Virus record (IMG/VR): IMGVR_UViG_3300044961_000667
DNA: 64,000 bases
Reading direction: 5' to 3' (one strand)
Origin: a virus
Taxonomy: Duplodnaviria; Caudoviricetes
Both the position numbers and the translations under genes were made by a program. The notes under the pieces are model-generated. The model saw only the letters and a program-made list of their open reading frames with translations, did no database searches and was not told where the DNA came from. Numbering within the stretch: position 1 is the first letter of the stretch; the number at the start of each line of letters is the position of its first letter. This document shows, in pieces, positions 1 to 7,833 of the stretch.

Positions 1-337
1 CATTCACCTGCGTAAGGCCAGCCGTCCCATCCTGCATCCAGGCAACAAAGTCCGACGTCCCGTTTCTCACGTACGCAACGAACCACCACGAAGCCGTGGA
101 GAACGTCGGCGTACTCAGATCGACGATGGCAGCACCACCACTGAAGATGACGGGGTTCAACACCTCCAACCCGAGAGACACCGCCGTCCCGGGGCTGTCC
201 AGCAACCAGAACTGCGAGTAGTTGTTGTACGTCACCCAGTAGTACCAGCCAGCAATCGTGTAGCTCGCGTTGGCCGGCACAGGCGAGGCGCTCGTGATGC
301 CATCCGCATTGCTGTTGAAGCGAATCGAGTTGGTCAC
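1..337 (-). CDS. LamG/concanavalin-A-like jelly-roll structural protein (partial, runs off window start)
   Basis: Not in the ORF track; manual translation from GTG at 337 (GTGA overlap with upstream stop): MTNSIRFNSNADG...SYTIAGWYYW...WWFVAYVRNGTSD, typical LamG strand motifs; open to position 1. Confidence 0.6.
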   Translation of the reverse strand, partial: MTNSIRFNSNADGITSASPVPANASYTIAGWYYWVTYNNYSQFWLLDSPGTAVSLGLEVLNPVIFSGGAAIVDLSTPTFSTASWWFVAYVRNGTSDFVAWMQDGTAGLTQVN

Positions 338-819
338 GCCACTGCCTCCAACGTCGCCACGATGTTGGACGGCGACGTGTCAATCGCCGCCGCCTTGGTG
401 ATCTGAATGTCCAGCAGATCACCAGCCGCGAACGCAACCGTATTGCTCAAGTCGCTTCCGTCGTTCGCCGTCGAAGCCATCGTCACCACCAGCGCCGTCG
501 CGACACTGTTCTTACGCACGGTGTAGACGACGTTGTTGCCATTCCCAGCGCCAGTATTCTGCCTCACCCGAAGACTACGCAACGTGCAGGCACTCGGAAC
601 GCGAAACTGGATGGCCGTGGTCGGCGCAGTCTCGTTCTCGAACGATGGCCACAGGAAGCGAGTCGTCGTCGTCGTTGCGATGCTCGCAGCTCCGAACAAA
701 AAGAGTGCGATGGGGTTAAGCTGGGGCTCCCACCTGGCCGTGGAGGCGTTCCAGGTGAGAACCTGCTTGTCGCTCGCGCTGTCCTGCGCGATCTGCTTCG
801 GAGCGAGCTTCCCAGCCAT
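334..819 (-). CDS. Fibre-associated virion structural protein
   Basis: 161 aa, N-terminal KQI motif and QVLTWNASTARWEP fibre motif, beta-rich C-domain; SD GGAGG upstream. Confidence 0.6.
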   Translation of the reverse strand: MAGKLAPKQIAQDSASDKQVLTWNASTARWEPQLNPIALFLFGAASIATTTTTRFLWPSFENETAPTTAIQFRVPSACTLRSLRVRQNTGAGNGNNVVYTVRKNSVATALVVTMASTANDGSDLSNTVAFAAGDLLDIQITKAAAIDTSPSNIVATLEAVA

Positions 820-828
820 CGCCCCTCC

Positions 829-2340
829 TTAGAAGGACTCGTACAGGAAGTCGATCCGATCGGTCGCCGCCAACTGGAAGCCAGCGACGGAACCATTCCA
901 GCGCAACGTGTCTCCGGCGACGATGGCCGACATCGCACGCGCCGTCGTTCCTCCATCTCCAGAAAAATAGCAGTCCACCGACACCTTCGTGCCGTCGCCG
1001 ACGAGGTAGTGAACACCGTTCACGCGCACTCCAACGTACCCGCCGAGGGCGTTCGCGCTGGCCACGGTGGTGGCGGTCGCCTGATCGCCATCCGACGTCG
1101 TGACGCTCGCGGTGAGGGACTTGTTCGCCGTCACCTGCCGCGGAACGCGGTGGACGTGGTCCGACCGAACGAACGTCGTCGCAGCGCCAGCAGCGTTCGC
1201 ACTGCCGACATCAACGGGCGCCGCCACTGACACCGCGTGCTGATGATCGGACCGAGCGAGCGAAGTGGCCGTCCCTTCGGCAGCCGTATTCCCAGCGGCC
1301 ACCGCACCAGCCGCCGGAGCCGCCGTCGAAACGTCGTGCTTGTGGTCCGCTCGGGCCACAGTGGTAGCAGCACCCGCCGAGGCCGCTGACTTGGTGACAT
1401 CCGCCGGAGCCGCGGGCGCAGGAAGCGCATGCGTGTGATCCGAACGAGCGAGCGACGTCGCAGAGCCAGCAGCCGACGCATCGCCGACTGCGATCGTACC
1501 AGCAGCAGCCGTCGTGACTGAGTGCTTGTGATCGCCGCGAGGAATCGTCTCCGCGGTGCCCGCCGAAGCTGCAGCCGCGTCGATGGCAGTGAGGCCGCCT
1601 GCCAGCGTGTAGTTGATGCTGATGTCGTTCGGGTTCGCCGACAGACCGGCGGAGCCCGCTGCGATCACCACGTCGATGGTGCTGCCAGTCTTCGTCAGAC
1701 CGTTGCCAGCAGTGACCGTACCGCCGCCGGAGAACTGCGCAAACGTCAACGCCGTCGTGTTGAGAGTGATCGGATTGTCGGTCGACAACACCCATCCCGA
1801 ATCACCGTTGGTCGCGCCCTCCTCAATGAACACAAAGAGACCTGCCGTCACCTTCGCCGAAGTGTCAGCGTCAGTGGTGCGCGTCAGCGTGAAGGGAGCG
1901 CCAGCGTTACCAACCTGCGAGACGAAGTAGAGGCCGTTGTTGGCACCAGTCGCCTCGTCCTTGACCAGGATGCGGTCGTTCAGCGCGAGCGTGATGCCGT
2001 CCTGGGCCGCCAGCGCACCGTTCGCCGTGGCCGTGAGAACGTTGCCAGAACGAGTATTCGAGGGCAGCGGCCCAGTGGTGGCAACACGCATCGACTGCTT
2101 GACGTCGAGCCCCTGCGCAATCGCATCGACGTAGTTCTTCGTCGCCGCATCGGACGGGTTCGACGGGTCGACGAGGCCGGTGATCTTGAAGTTGTTGACG
2201 TTCCAATCCGCGGTGAGCGGGTTGGTGCCAGCCGCCACGAGAACGCTGGAGTCGACCTTGGCCGACGTGACCGCGTTGGGAGCGATCTTCGCCGTCGAGA
2301 TGGTGTTGTCGGCAAGCTGCTTACCCTGAATCTGCGCCAT
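829..2340 (-). CDS. Fibre protein with five R-x-D-H-x-H repeats
   Basis: 503 aa, Ala/Thr/Gly rich; DPSNPSDAATKNYVD stalk motif; RGDHKH, RSDHTH, RADHKH, RSDHQH, RSDHVH repeats; C-domain shared with the next gene. Confidence 0.8.
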   Translation of the reverse strand: MAQIQGKQLADNTISTAKIAPNAVTSAKVDSSVLVAAGTNPLTADWNVNNFKITGLVDPSNPSDAATKNYVDAIAQGLDVKQSMRVATTGPLPSNTRSGNVLTATANGALAAQDGITLALNDRILVKDEATGANNGLYFVSQVGNAGAPFTLTRTTDADTSAKVTAGLFVFIEEGATNGDSGWVLSTDNPITLNTTALTFAQFSGGGTVTAGNGLTKTGSTIDVVIAAGSAGLSANPNDISINYTLAGGLTAIDAAAASAGTAETIPRGDHKHSVTTAAAGTIAVGDASAAGSATSLARSDHTHALPAPAAPADVTKSAASAGAATTVARADHKHDVSTAAPAAGAVAAGNTAAEGTATSLARSDHQHAVSVAAPVDVGSANAAGAATTFVRSDHVHRVPRQVTANKSLTASVTTSDGDQATATTVASANALGGYVGVRVNGVHYLVGDGTKVSVDCYFSGDGGTTARAMSAIVAGDTLRWNGSVAGFQLAATDRIDFLYESF

Positions 2341-2352
2341 TGCTGCAACCTC

Positions 2353-2880
2353 CTAGAGAGCTTCGTACTCGAAGTCGATTCTGTCGCTGCCATCCAACTG
2401 GAAGCCAGCCACCGAGCCGTTCCAGTACAGGAAGTCACCGGCAACAATCGTCCCGGTGGCTCTCGCGGTCACACCGCCGTCACCACTGAAATAGCACGGA
2501 ACCCCAGACTTGGTCCCATTCCCGACTTGGTACTCGACGCCATTCACTGAAACCGAAACCCACGACTTCAGAGGCGGAGTGCCAAGCATCGCAGTGACGC
2601 ACGCCAAGCTGTTGTCTGCACCGGTCGCCAACGCCGGCATCCACTTGTTCAACGGCGTCGGCCCAGAGGCGATCAGCGCCGGAACCTTTCCCGCCGCGAA
2701 GTCTTGGTTCCACGAGCCAGGGTTCGAGCCGAAGATGACCTGCTTGAGCTGACTCAGCACGCCGTCCTGCATCTGGTCCTGATCGGCAGCCGTCGTCTCG
2801 ACCACAGCAATGGCGCCGGGGCTCAGCTGATCATTCAGCGAGTCTCCCTTCCGCACCTGGCTGAGTCGGACCTTCGTCAT
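2353..2880 (-). CDS. Short fibre-associated protein, paralogous C-domain to 829..2340
   Basis: CYFSGDGGxTARA...IVAGDxLxWNGSVAGFQL...DRIDFxYE is present in both proteins. Confidence 0.7.
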   Translation of the reverse strand: MTKVRLSQVRKGDSLNDQLSPGAIAVVETTAADQDQMQDGVLSQLKQVIFGSNPGSWNQDFAAGKVPALIASGPTPLNKWMPALATGADNSLACVTAMLGTPPLKSWVSVSVNGVEYQVGNGTKSGVPCYFSGDGGVTARATGTIVAGDFLYWNGSVAGFQLDGSDRIDFEYEAL

Positions 2881-3143
2881 CAGCTCACCCTCACGTAGTC
2901 GATGAGCAGGACATCTCCCGAGAGCGGCGGCACGAGGAGGGTGATCGACTGAAGTCCGACGTTCTCAATGTAGTCGGCGCTCGGTCCCTCTTCCTGGCGA
3001 ACGCCGTTCCGAAAGAGCTTCGTTGAGCCCGTCTTGAACTGGAAGAACGTCGTGAACGTCACGTTCACACCGTTGACGAGGCCGCCGGGGACCTCGTTGT
3101 GCACCGGCTCCTGAAGGAGACCAAAGCGAACCTCTACAGCCAT
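2880..3143 (-). CDS. Small beta-sandwich virion protein
   Basis: 87 aa; NGVNVTFTT...LFRNGVRQ...DY...ITLLVPPLSGDVLLIDY pattern common in phage fibre/baseplate attachment modules. Confidence 0.55.
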   Translation of the reverse strand: MAVEVRFGLLQEPVHNEVPGGLVNGVNVTFTTFFQFKTGSTKLFRNGVRQEEGPSADYIENVGLQSITLLVPPLSGDVLLIDYVRVS

Positions 3144-3149
3144 GGCGGC

Positions 3150-3452
3150 TCACCCCTTCAGTTCACGGTTGAGCAGCTCGGCGAGTCGCTTCCGGCGCTC
3201 GGCACCGTTCTCGATCTTCTTCACCTCTTCGAGTTGAGCCTTCTTCTCGACGGACTCCGTCTGCGCCTTCGCCTTCTCCAACATGGCCTGCGTGTCCGCG
3301 TCTCGGATGGCGTCCTTCGCCTTCTCGATCGCGAGATCGACACCGCGTCCACGCGGCCCGAGCACCAGCTTCAGGATGAAGCCGAGCAGGACGATGGCAA
3401 TCAAAGCCACCATCCACCACCACTTCTTCAGCGTGGCGAGCCAGGCTTCCAT
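3150..3452 (-). CDS. Single-TM coiled-coil membrane protein, possible Rz-like inner spanin
   Basis: N-terminal TM WWWMVALIAIVLLGFILKLVLG followed by charged coiled coil; ATG at 3452 just after upstream stop; no o-spanin identified. Confidence 0.45.
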   Translation of the reverse strand: MEAWLATLKKWWWMVALIAIVLLGFILKLVLGPRGRGVDLAIEKAKDAIRDADTQAMLEKAKAQTESVEKKAQLEEVKKIENGAERRKRLAELLNRELKG

Positions 3453-3456
3453 CGGA

Positions 3457-3819
3457 TCACCAGGCCCAGACCCTGACGGTGGCCGCGCCACCGTTCTGCT
3501 TGAAGTAGATCTCCTTCTCGCGCATGCCCACGAAGGAGAGCAGCCCGTCGGTCGACTTGATCGTGCCGTGCACCGTCGTCCCGTCGAAGCTGTAGTCGGC
3601 GTTGCCCGAGTCAGCGCGCATCATCACGCCCTGGCTCTTCGTCAGCTTCGTCCCCTGGACCGTCCCGTCGAACGGATCCGTCTCGGCAGGGTTGATCGTC
3701 GGGTCGACGAACGGAACGTACGAGTTCGCGTCGGTCTTGCTGAAGGCCACGGGCGTCGTCAAGGTCTTGAAGACCCGGAGCGACTTGTGGCCCTGGCTCT
3801 GCGGGGTGGCAACGGTCAT
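3457..3819 (-). CDS. Hypothetical beta-rich protein, probably structural
   Basis: 120 aa ORF in operon with SD GGAG. Confidence 0.5.
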   Translation of the reverse strand: MTVATPQSQGHKSLRVFKTLTTPVAFSKTDANSYVPFVDPTINPAETDPFDGTVQGTKLTKSQGVMMRADSGNADYSFDGTTVHGTIKSTDGLLSFVGMREKEIYFKQNGGAATVRVWAW

Positions 3820-3836
3820 TCTCTATCTCCGGCTCA

Positions 3837-4025
3837 TCAGCTGTTTCGCTGAACGTACTCTCCAAACGCCTTCGCGACGACCTCAGAGACCGAAATCTTC
3901 TTCGACTGAGCGTGCTTTTCCAACACCTCGAACGCCTTCTGGGGCACCAGAACTACCACGAAGCCGTCCTGCCGAGCCAGACTGTCGAGGGACACCGGAG
4001 CTGGCACTTCAGTCGCCTTGGCCAT
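3837..4025 (-). CDS. Ribbon-helix-helix (CopG-like) DNA-binding protein
   Basis: 62 aa; FVVVLVP strand then AFEVLEKHAQSKKISVSEVVAKAFGEY helix pair. Confidence 0.55.
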   Translation of the reverse strand: MAKATEVPAPVSLDSLARQDGFVVVLVPQKAFEVLEKHAQSKKISVSEVVAKAFGEYVQRNS

Positions 4026-4028
4026 CGA

Positions 4029-4706
4029 TCACCTGCTCAGTTTCTTGGCTCCATAGGTGCTGGCAGTGGTCGCCAGCCCAGCCCGACCCACGAACTTGAC
4101 GCGACCGCCGACCTGCACGGTCTCCATGAACGAAAGCCCCAGCTCGACCAGCCGAGGCGTCCCGTCAGGGAACCACATGCGGTAACCCACGTCGCACTTC
4201 GTCATCACGCACTCCATCGACGGCAGCTTTCCTGGACCCAGGATCGTGTTCGGCAAGTAGAGCAACAGCTTGCTGGGCGGATTCACCCGAATCTCGTTGT
4301 CCGAGTAGCCGGGGTACAGGTGCTGCCGGAACCACGCCACGGCCGCGTTGAGATCGACGTTCCGCGTCAGGTGGTCCTCGCGGTACTGCACGTCCGACGG
4401 AGCAGCATTCACTCCGCCCTGCGACGGATCTGCCTGGTGGTCTCGACTGAAGACCGCGGTGAAGCTCAGCTCGCGAGCACCACCAGCAATCCACTGCAGC
4501 AGCGGATGCGAGCCGCCAGGGATCTGCTTCTGGTTGTACTCAACGCCCTTCGTGTCATCGATCGTCTCAGGCCAGTACTGGAACTCGCGCCCATCCCCGG
4601 CCACGACGTTGTCGGTGAGGTCCATCGGGTACAAGACAGCCTTGGCGGTCTTCCCCGTGAAGAACGATCCGGGAGTGATGCCTGCCAGGCTGCCGAGTCC
4701 CGCCAC
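4029..4706 (-). CDS. Contractile-injection-system tube/tube-initiator protein (CIS_tube-like)
   Basis: FQYWPETIDDTKGVEYNQKQIPGGSHPLLQWIAGGARELSFTAVF and C-terminal WFPDGTPRLVELGLSFME motifs. Confidence 0.8.
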   Translation of the reverse strand: MAGLGSLAGITPGSFFTGKTAKAVLYPMDLTDNVVAGDGREFQYWPETIDDTKGVEYNQKQIPGGSHPLLQWIAGGARELSFTAVFSRDHQADPSQGGVNAAPSDVQYREDHLTRNVDLNAAVAWFRQHLYPGYSDNEIRVNPPSKLLLYLPNTILGPGKLPSMECVMTKCDVGYRMWFPDGTPRLVELGLSFMETVQVGGRVKFVGRAGLATTASTYGAKKLSR

Positions 4707-4720
4707 TGCTCACCTCTCGT

Positions 4721-4732
4721 GCAATCGATTGC
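4721..4732 (-). promoter_or_regulatory. Palindrome GCAATCGATTGC copy 1 (candidate late promoter)
   Basis: Perfect 12-bp palindrome just upstream of SD GAGGTG and GTG start at 4706. Confidence 0.7.
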
Positions 4733-4919
4733 GCCCTACCGCCAGCCCTGAAGCAACTCGTCGAGATCGACCCATTCGCTGGACTGCTCGGGTCGCCTCT
4801 CAGAGCCTACCTCTTGCCAGAAGGACTTGGTGAGGCGCTCGCGACGAGAGTCGCCCTTCTGAGTGTCTCCGCGAGGGGCCGCCCAGCCTCCCCAGGGGAT
4901 GCTGGAGCCTTCCGCCTGC

Positions 4920-5159
4920 TCAGTTGGGGTGCGAGGCCGCCCAGGCATCGAGAACCTCCTGCGTCCACACGACGCCGGCCACGGCGATGACACGAGCCGC
5001 CTGTCCGTCCAGCGACGAGCCAGGAATCAGCGTATCGACCGCGGTGGATCGAGCGACCTCGTTGCCGTCCTTCATCACCGCCGTGACGGTGAAGACCCGG
5101 ATCACGCCTTCGATCATGACTTCGATCTTCTCGACAAAAACCTGCTCGGTGAGCGCCAT
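4920..5159 (-). CDS. Small tail-fibre-associated protein (chaperone-like)
   Basis: MALTE...KIEV...DGNEVARS...VWTQEVLDAW pattern of small proteins encoded directly after fibre genes. Confidence 0.55.
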   Translation of the reverse strand: MALTEQVFVEKIEVMIEGVIRVFTVTAVMKDGNEVARSTAVDTLIPGSSLDGQAARVIAVAGVVWTQEVLDAWAASHPN

Positions 5160-5174
5160 TCTTCCTCCAGAAAA

Positions 5175-7088
5175 TCAGAAACTGCCGAGCGCGATCCGCT
5201 CGACGATGTAGTGCCACCGCACCGCGATCATGTCCATCGTGCCCGTGTTCACACGGACATCGAAGTAGAACTGAGGGCTGCCTCCGGTGCGGTAGTAGAA
5301 CACGTCCTCGAAGGAGATCCGGTAGTTCTCGCCCACCACGAAGGACGAGCCGTACGGGTCCAGGTTGTGCGTCTGCAGCGTGTGGTACGACACGGTGCCG
5401 CCCTGCAACGTGATGGTCAGGAACTGCGGAGTCCCCGTGATCGCGTTCACCTGGAAGTTGAGGAACCCGCGAGCACGGTACAGCCCGTAGTTCGTGGCCG
5501 GCGTGACGGACAGGTACCACGTGTTCGTGGCCATCCCGACCCGGAAGATCGTGCCGAACGCTGGAGCGTAGGTCGCGATGGTGTTCGTCGTGAAGCGAAC
5601 ACCAGAAGTGCCGATGCCGGAAAGCGACGAGGTTCCCTCGAACGCCGCCGAGTGGATGCCGACCTGGCCCAGCGCAGTGCCGAGATCGTTCAGCGCCCCC
5701 TGCACGTTGGTCGAAACGATCGGCGCGGTGGCAACGTTCGAGATGGCCGATGCGGCATGCGCGCCGGACCCGTTGTTCAGGTGGTTGTTGTGGTGCGTCA
5801 GCAGCTGACCAATTTGGTCCCTCACTGAAGATGCCGTCAACGCATCAGGAGCGCCCGCGGCTGCCTGGGCTCCGATCTTGCCAGCTCCGTCGCCAGTCGC
5901 CCCCGCTGCGTTCGCCGCAAGTTGCGAGACGATCGTGTCGAGACCCGATTCGATCGTCCCAGCAGGGACAACCGCAGTGTCGAACCACGCGCCCGAGCCG
6001 CCGTACGAGGCCCCGGTCGCGCTGTGGGTGTGCATGTTGTCGGCGTTCGCCGATGGCCCACCGAACACCACCGACTGCGCCAGGGCATCCTGGGCACGAG
6101 TCGAGAACTCGACGTCATCGACGTACAGCACGCCGGCGCAGTTGCCGAACGAGACGTCGAGCCTGGCGTGAGCACACCCGACGGGCGCGGTGACATGGGC
6201 CTTCCGCTCGACGTACGTCGTGCCACCACCGGTGAACGCGACATCGATGTCGATGGTCGACCCGACGATCACGAAGCTCTTGTCGAAGAACGTGACTCGC
6301 AGCTGAGCACCAGTGCCGCCAGAGATCGGACTCGCACCCGTGCTGCGCATCCACGCACCGACGCGGTACTCCTGGCCAGGCACCGCGGGCATGACCGTGC
6401 TGTTGGCCTGCAGCGTCACCGCGCCGGCAGCCGACAGCTTCATCGACTTCGTGCCAGTTCTCGCGTTGTCCGTCGACGCCGTCAGAACGAGCCCGCCGCC
6501 CGTGCTGACCCACCCGGCCACGGCACCGGCGTTGTCGTCCGACTCGAAACCCGAGTTGAACACCAGGTTGTTCCGCGGCTTCGCCAACGTCTGAATCGCA
6601 TCGCCTGCCGCGTTTCGATGCGCGGAGCTGATGTTGATCGCCGGGATTGGCCCGGCAGCCGGGACCAGAACCCTGGCCAGCACGATCAAGTCCGGGTTCG
6701 ACACCAGCTCGGCGTCATCGACGACTCGGAACTGCGCCGCAGTAGCCGCGCCGATCGTGTACTGCGCGTCGAGGCACACGTTCACGTAGGCCGGCAGGCC
6801 AGGCACCGTGGCGAGATTGATCGAGAAGTCGTTCTCCGTGACGAACGTGAGCGCGTACTTCCCGCCGGTGTTCTCGTTCACCACCGCCACGCTGGCGCTG
6901 AGCGTCGGGTCCCGAACGATGTCGATCCACAGCCCCAGCGCCGCGCCAGGGACCACGGTGAACCCCGCGTACACGCCCTTGGGGTTCGTGACGTACGCCT
7001 TCTTGTTGAGCGCACCCGAGGTGTAGGGCTCCTGCCAGCGCACCTTCACCTGGTCGTTGCTGATCGTCTGGCTGATGTGAACCGTCAT
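5175..7088 (-). CDS. Tail fibre with CBM4/9-like carbohydrate-binding domain
   Basis: 637 aa; NNLVFNSGFES...GWVS...ARTGTKSMKL...LYVDDVEF CBM signature; HTHS motif; distinct C-terminal domain. Confidence 0.75.
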   Translation of the reverse strand: MTVHISQTISNDQVKVRWQEPYTSGALNKKAYVTNPKGVYAGFTVVPGAALGLWIDIVRDPTLSASVAVVNENTGGKYALTFVTENDFSINLATVPGLPAYVNVCLDAQYTIGAATAAQFRVVDDAELVSNPDLIVLARVLVPAAGPIPAINISSAHRNAAGDAIQTLAKPRNNLVFNSGFESDDNAGAVAGWVSTGGGLVLTASTDNARTGTKSMKLSAAGAVTLQANSTVMPAVPGQEYRVGAWMRSTGASPISGGTGAQLRVTFFDKSFVIVGSTIDIDVAFTGGGTTYVERKAHVTAPVGCAHARLDVSFGNCAGVLYVDDVEFSTRAQDALAQSVVFGGPSANADNMHTHSATGASYGGSGAWFDTAVVPAGTIESGLDTIVSQLAANAAGATGDGAGKIGAQAAAGAPDALTASSVRDQIGQLLTHHNNHLNNGSGAHAASAISNVATAPIVSTNVQGALNDLGTALGQVGIHSAAFEGTSSLSGIGTSGVRFTTNTIATYAPAFGTIFRVGMATNTWYLSVTPATNYGLYRARGFLNFQVNAITGTPQFLTITLQGGTVSYHTLQTHNLDPYGSSFVVGENYRISFEDVFYYRTGGSPQFYFDVRVNTGTMDMIAVRWHYIVERIALGSF

Positions 7089-7110
7089 CGAACCCTCCGC
7101 CGGCGGCGGC

Positions 7111-7779
7111 TTAGAACTGGTACTTCAGAACGTTGCTCAGCGTCTTGGCTGGCGTCTTGATCTCTTCCGGGAACGTCCCGTAGCACAGCATGACGTTGTT
7201 GTTGTCGAACACGGCGATCTCGAAGAACTCGGGCGGGTTCGCCAACTGATCAGCGTTCGCCTCGGTGAAGTCGACCAGGGTGTTGATGATCGTTCTCGCA
7301 GTCCCCACGCCCTCGAACAGAACGTCGGCGCCCGTGAAGGTCTTCTTGAAGACCAGGAACGGCTCGTCGGCCTTCGACGCTGCCTCAGGACCAGGACTCG
7401 TGACGCCGGCGAACGGCGCCGACAGCGTCAGCGTCAGGTTGTCGGTGACTCCCAGCACTTGGTACCACAGGCCATCGACCGGGCCGTCTGGGCGAATCCA
7501 CTTGCCCGTGGCCAACTCCGACGTGAACAGCGTTCCGCTGCCAGTCACCGTCGCGCTGCCGTTGGTGAACGTCAGAGTTCCCGTCAGCGACACGCCCTGC
7601 GCTTCCAGTCGCGTGCGGGACGGGAGCGGCGTCTTCGGCGTCTTCACCCCGCCAGAGACGATGTACCCGCCCTCGCCGATCAGGAAGTAGCTCGCCACCG
7701 AGGTGATCAGTCCCGCGGTCGCCTTGGCGAACTGATCGCGCCCCACGTTGGTCGGCACAGCGGAAATGACGTTGGCCAT
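7111..7779 (-). CDS. Tail collar/fibre attachment protein (DUF3751-like)
   Basis: EIAVFDNNNVMLCYGTFPEEIKT C-terminal motif; inserted TFTNGSATVTGSGTLFTSEL module. Confidence 0.65.
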   Translation of the reverse strand: MANVISAVPTNVGRDQFAKATAGLITSVASYFLIGEGGYIVSGGVKTPKTPLPSRTRLEAQGVSLTGTLTFTNGSATVTGSGTLFTSELATGKWIRPDGPVDGLWYQVLGVTDNLTLTLSAPFAGVTSPGPEAASKADEPFLVFKKTFTGADVLFEGVGTARTIINTLVDFTEANADQLANPPEFFEIAVFDNNNVMLCYGTFPEEIKTPAKTLSNVLKYQF

Positions 7780-7833
7780 CTAAGTCTCCGTGGATGCGTG
7801 CGTGAGAGTACCACTCACAACCAGCAGCTACCA

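Noticed and set aside
829-2560. Repeat between the two fibre C-termini as a DGR template/variable repeat pair
   Set aside because: Differences are mostly synonymous and involve all bases, not adenine-specific; both copies are coding; no reverse transcriptase in the window
4736-4993. 85-aa ORF in the gap between the fibre chaperone and CIS tube genes
   Set aside because: Overlaps 4920..5159, has no convincing start or SD, and has atypical composition; a shorter peptide cannot be excluded
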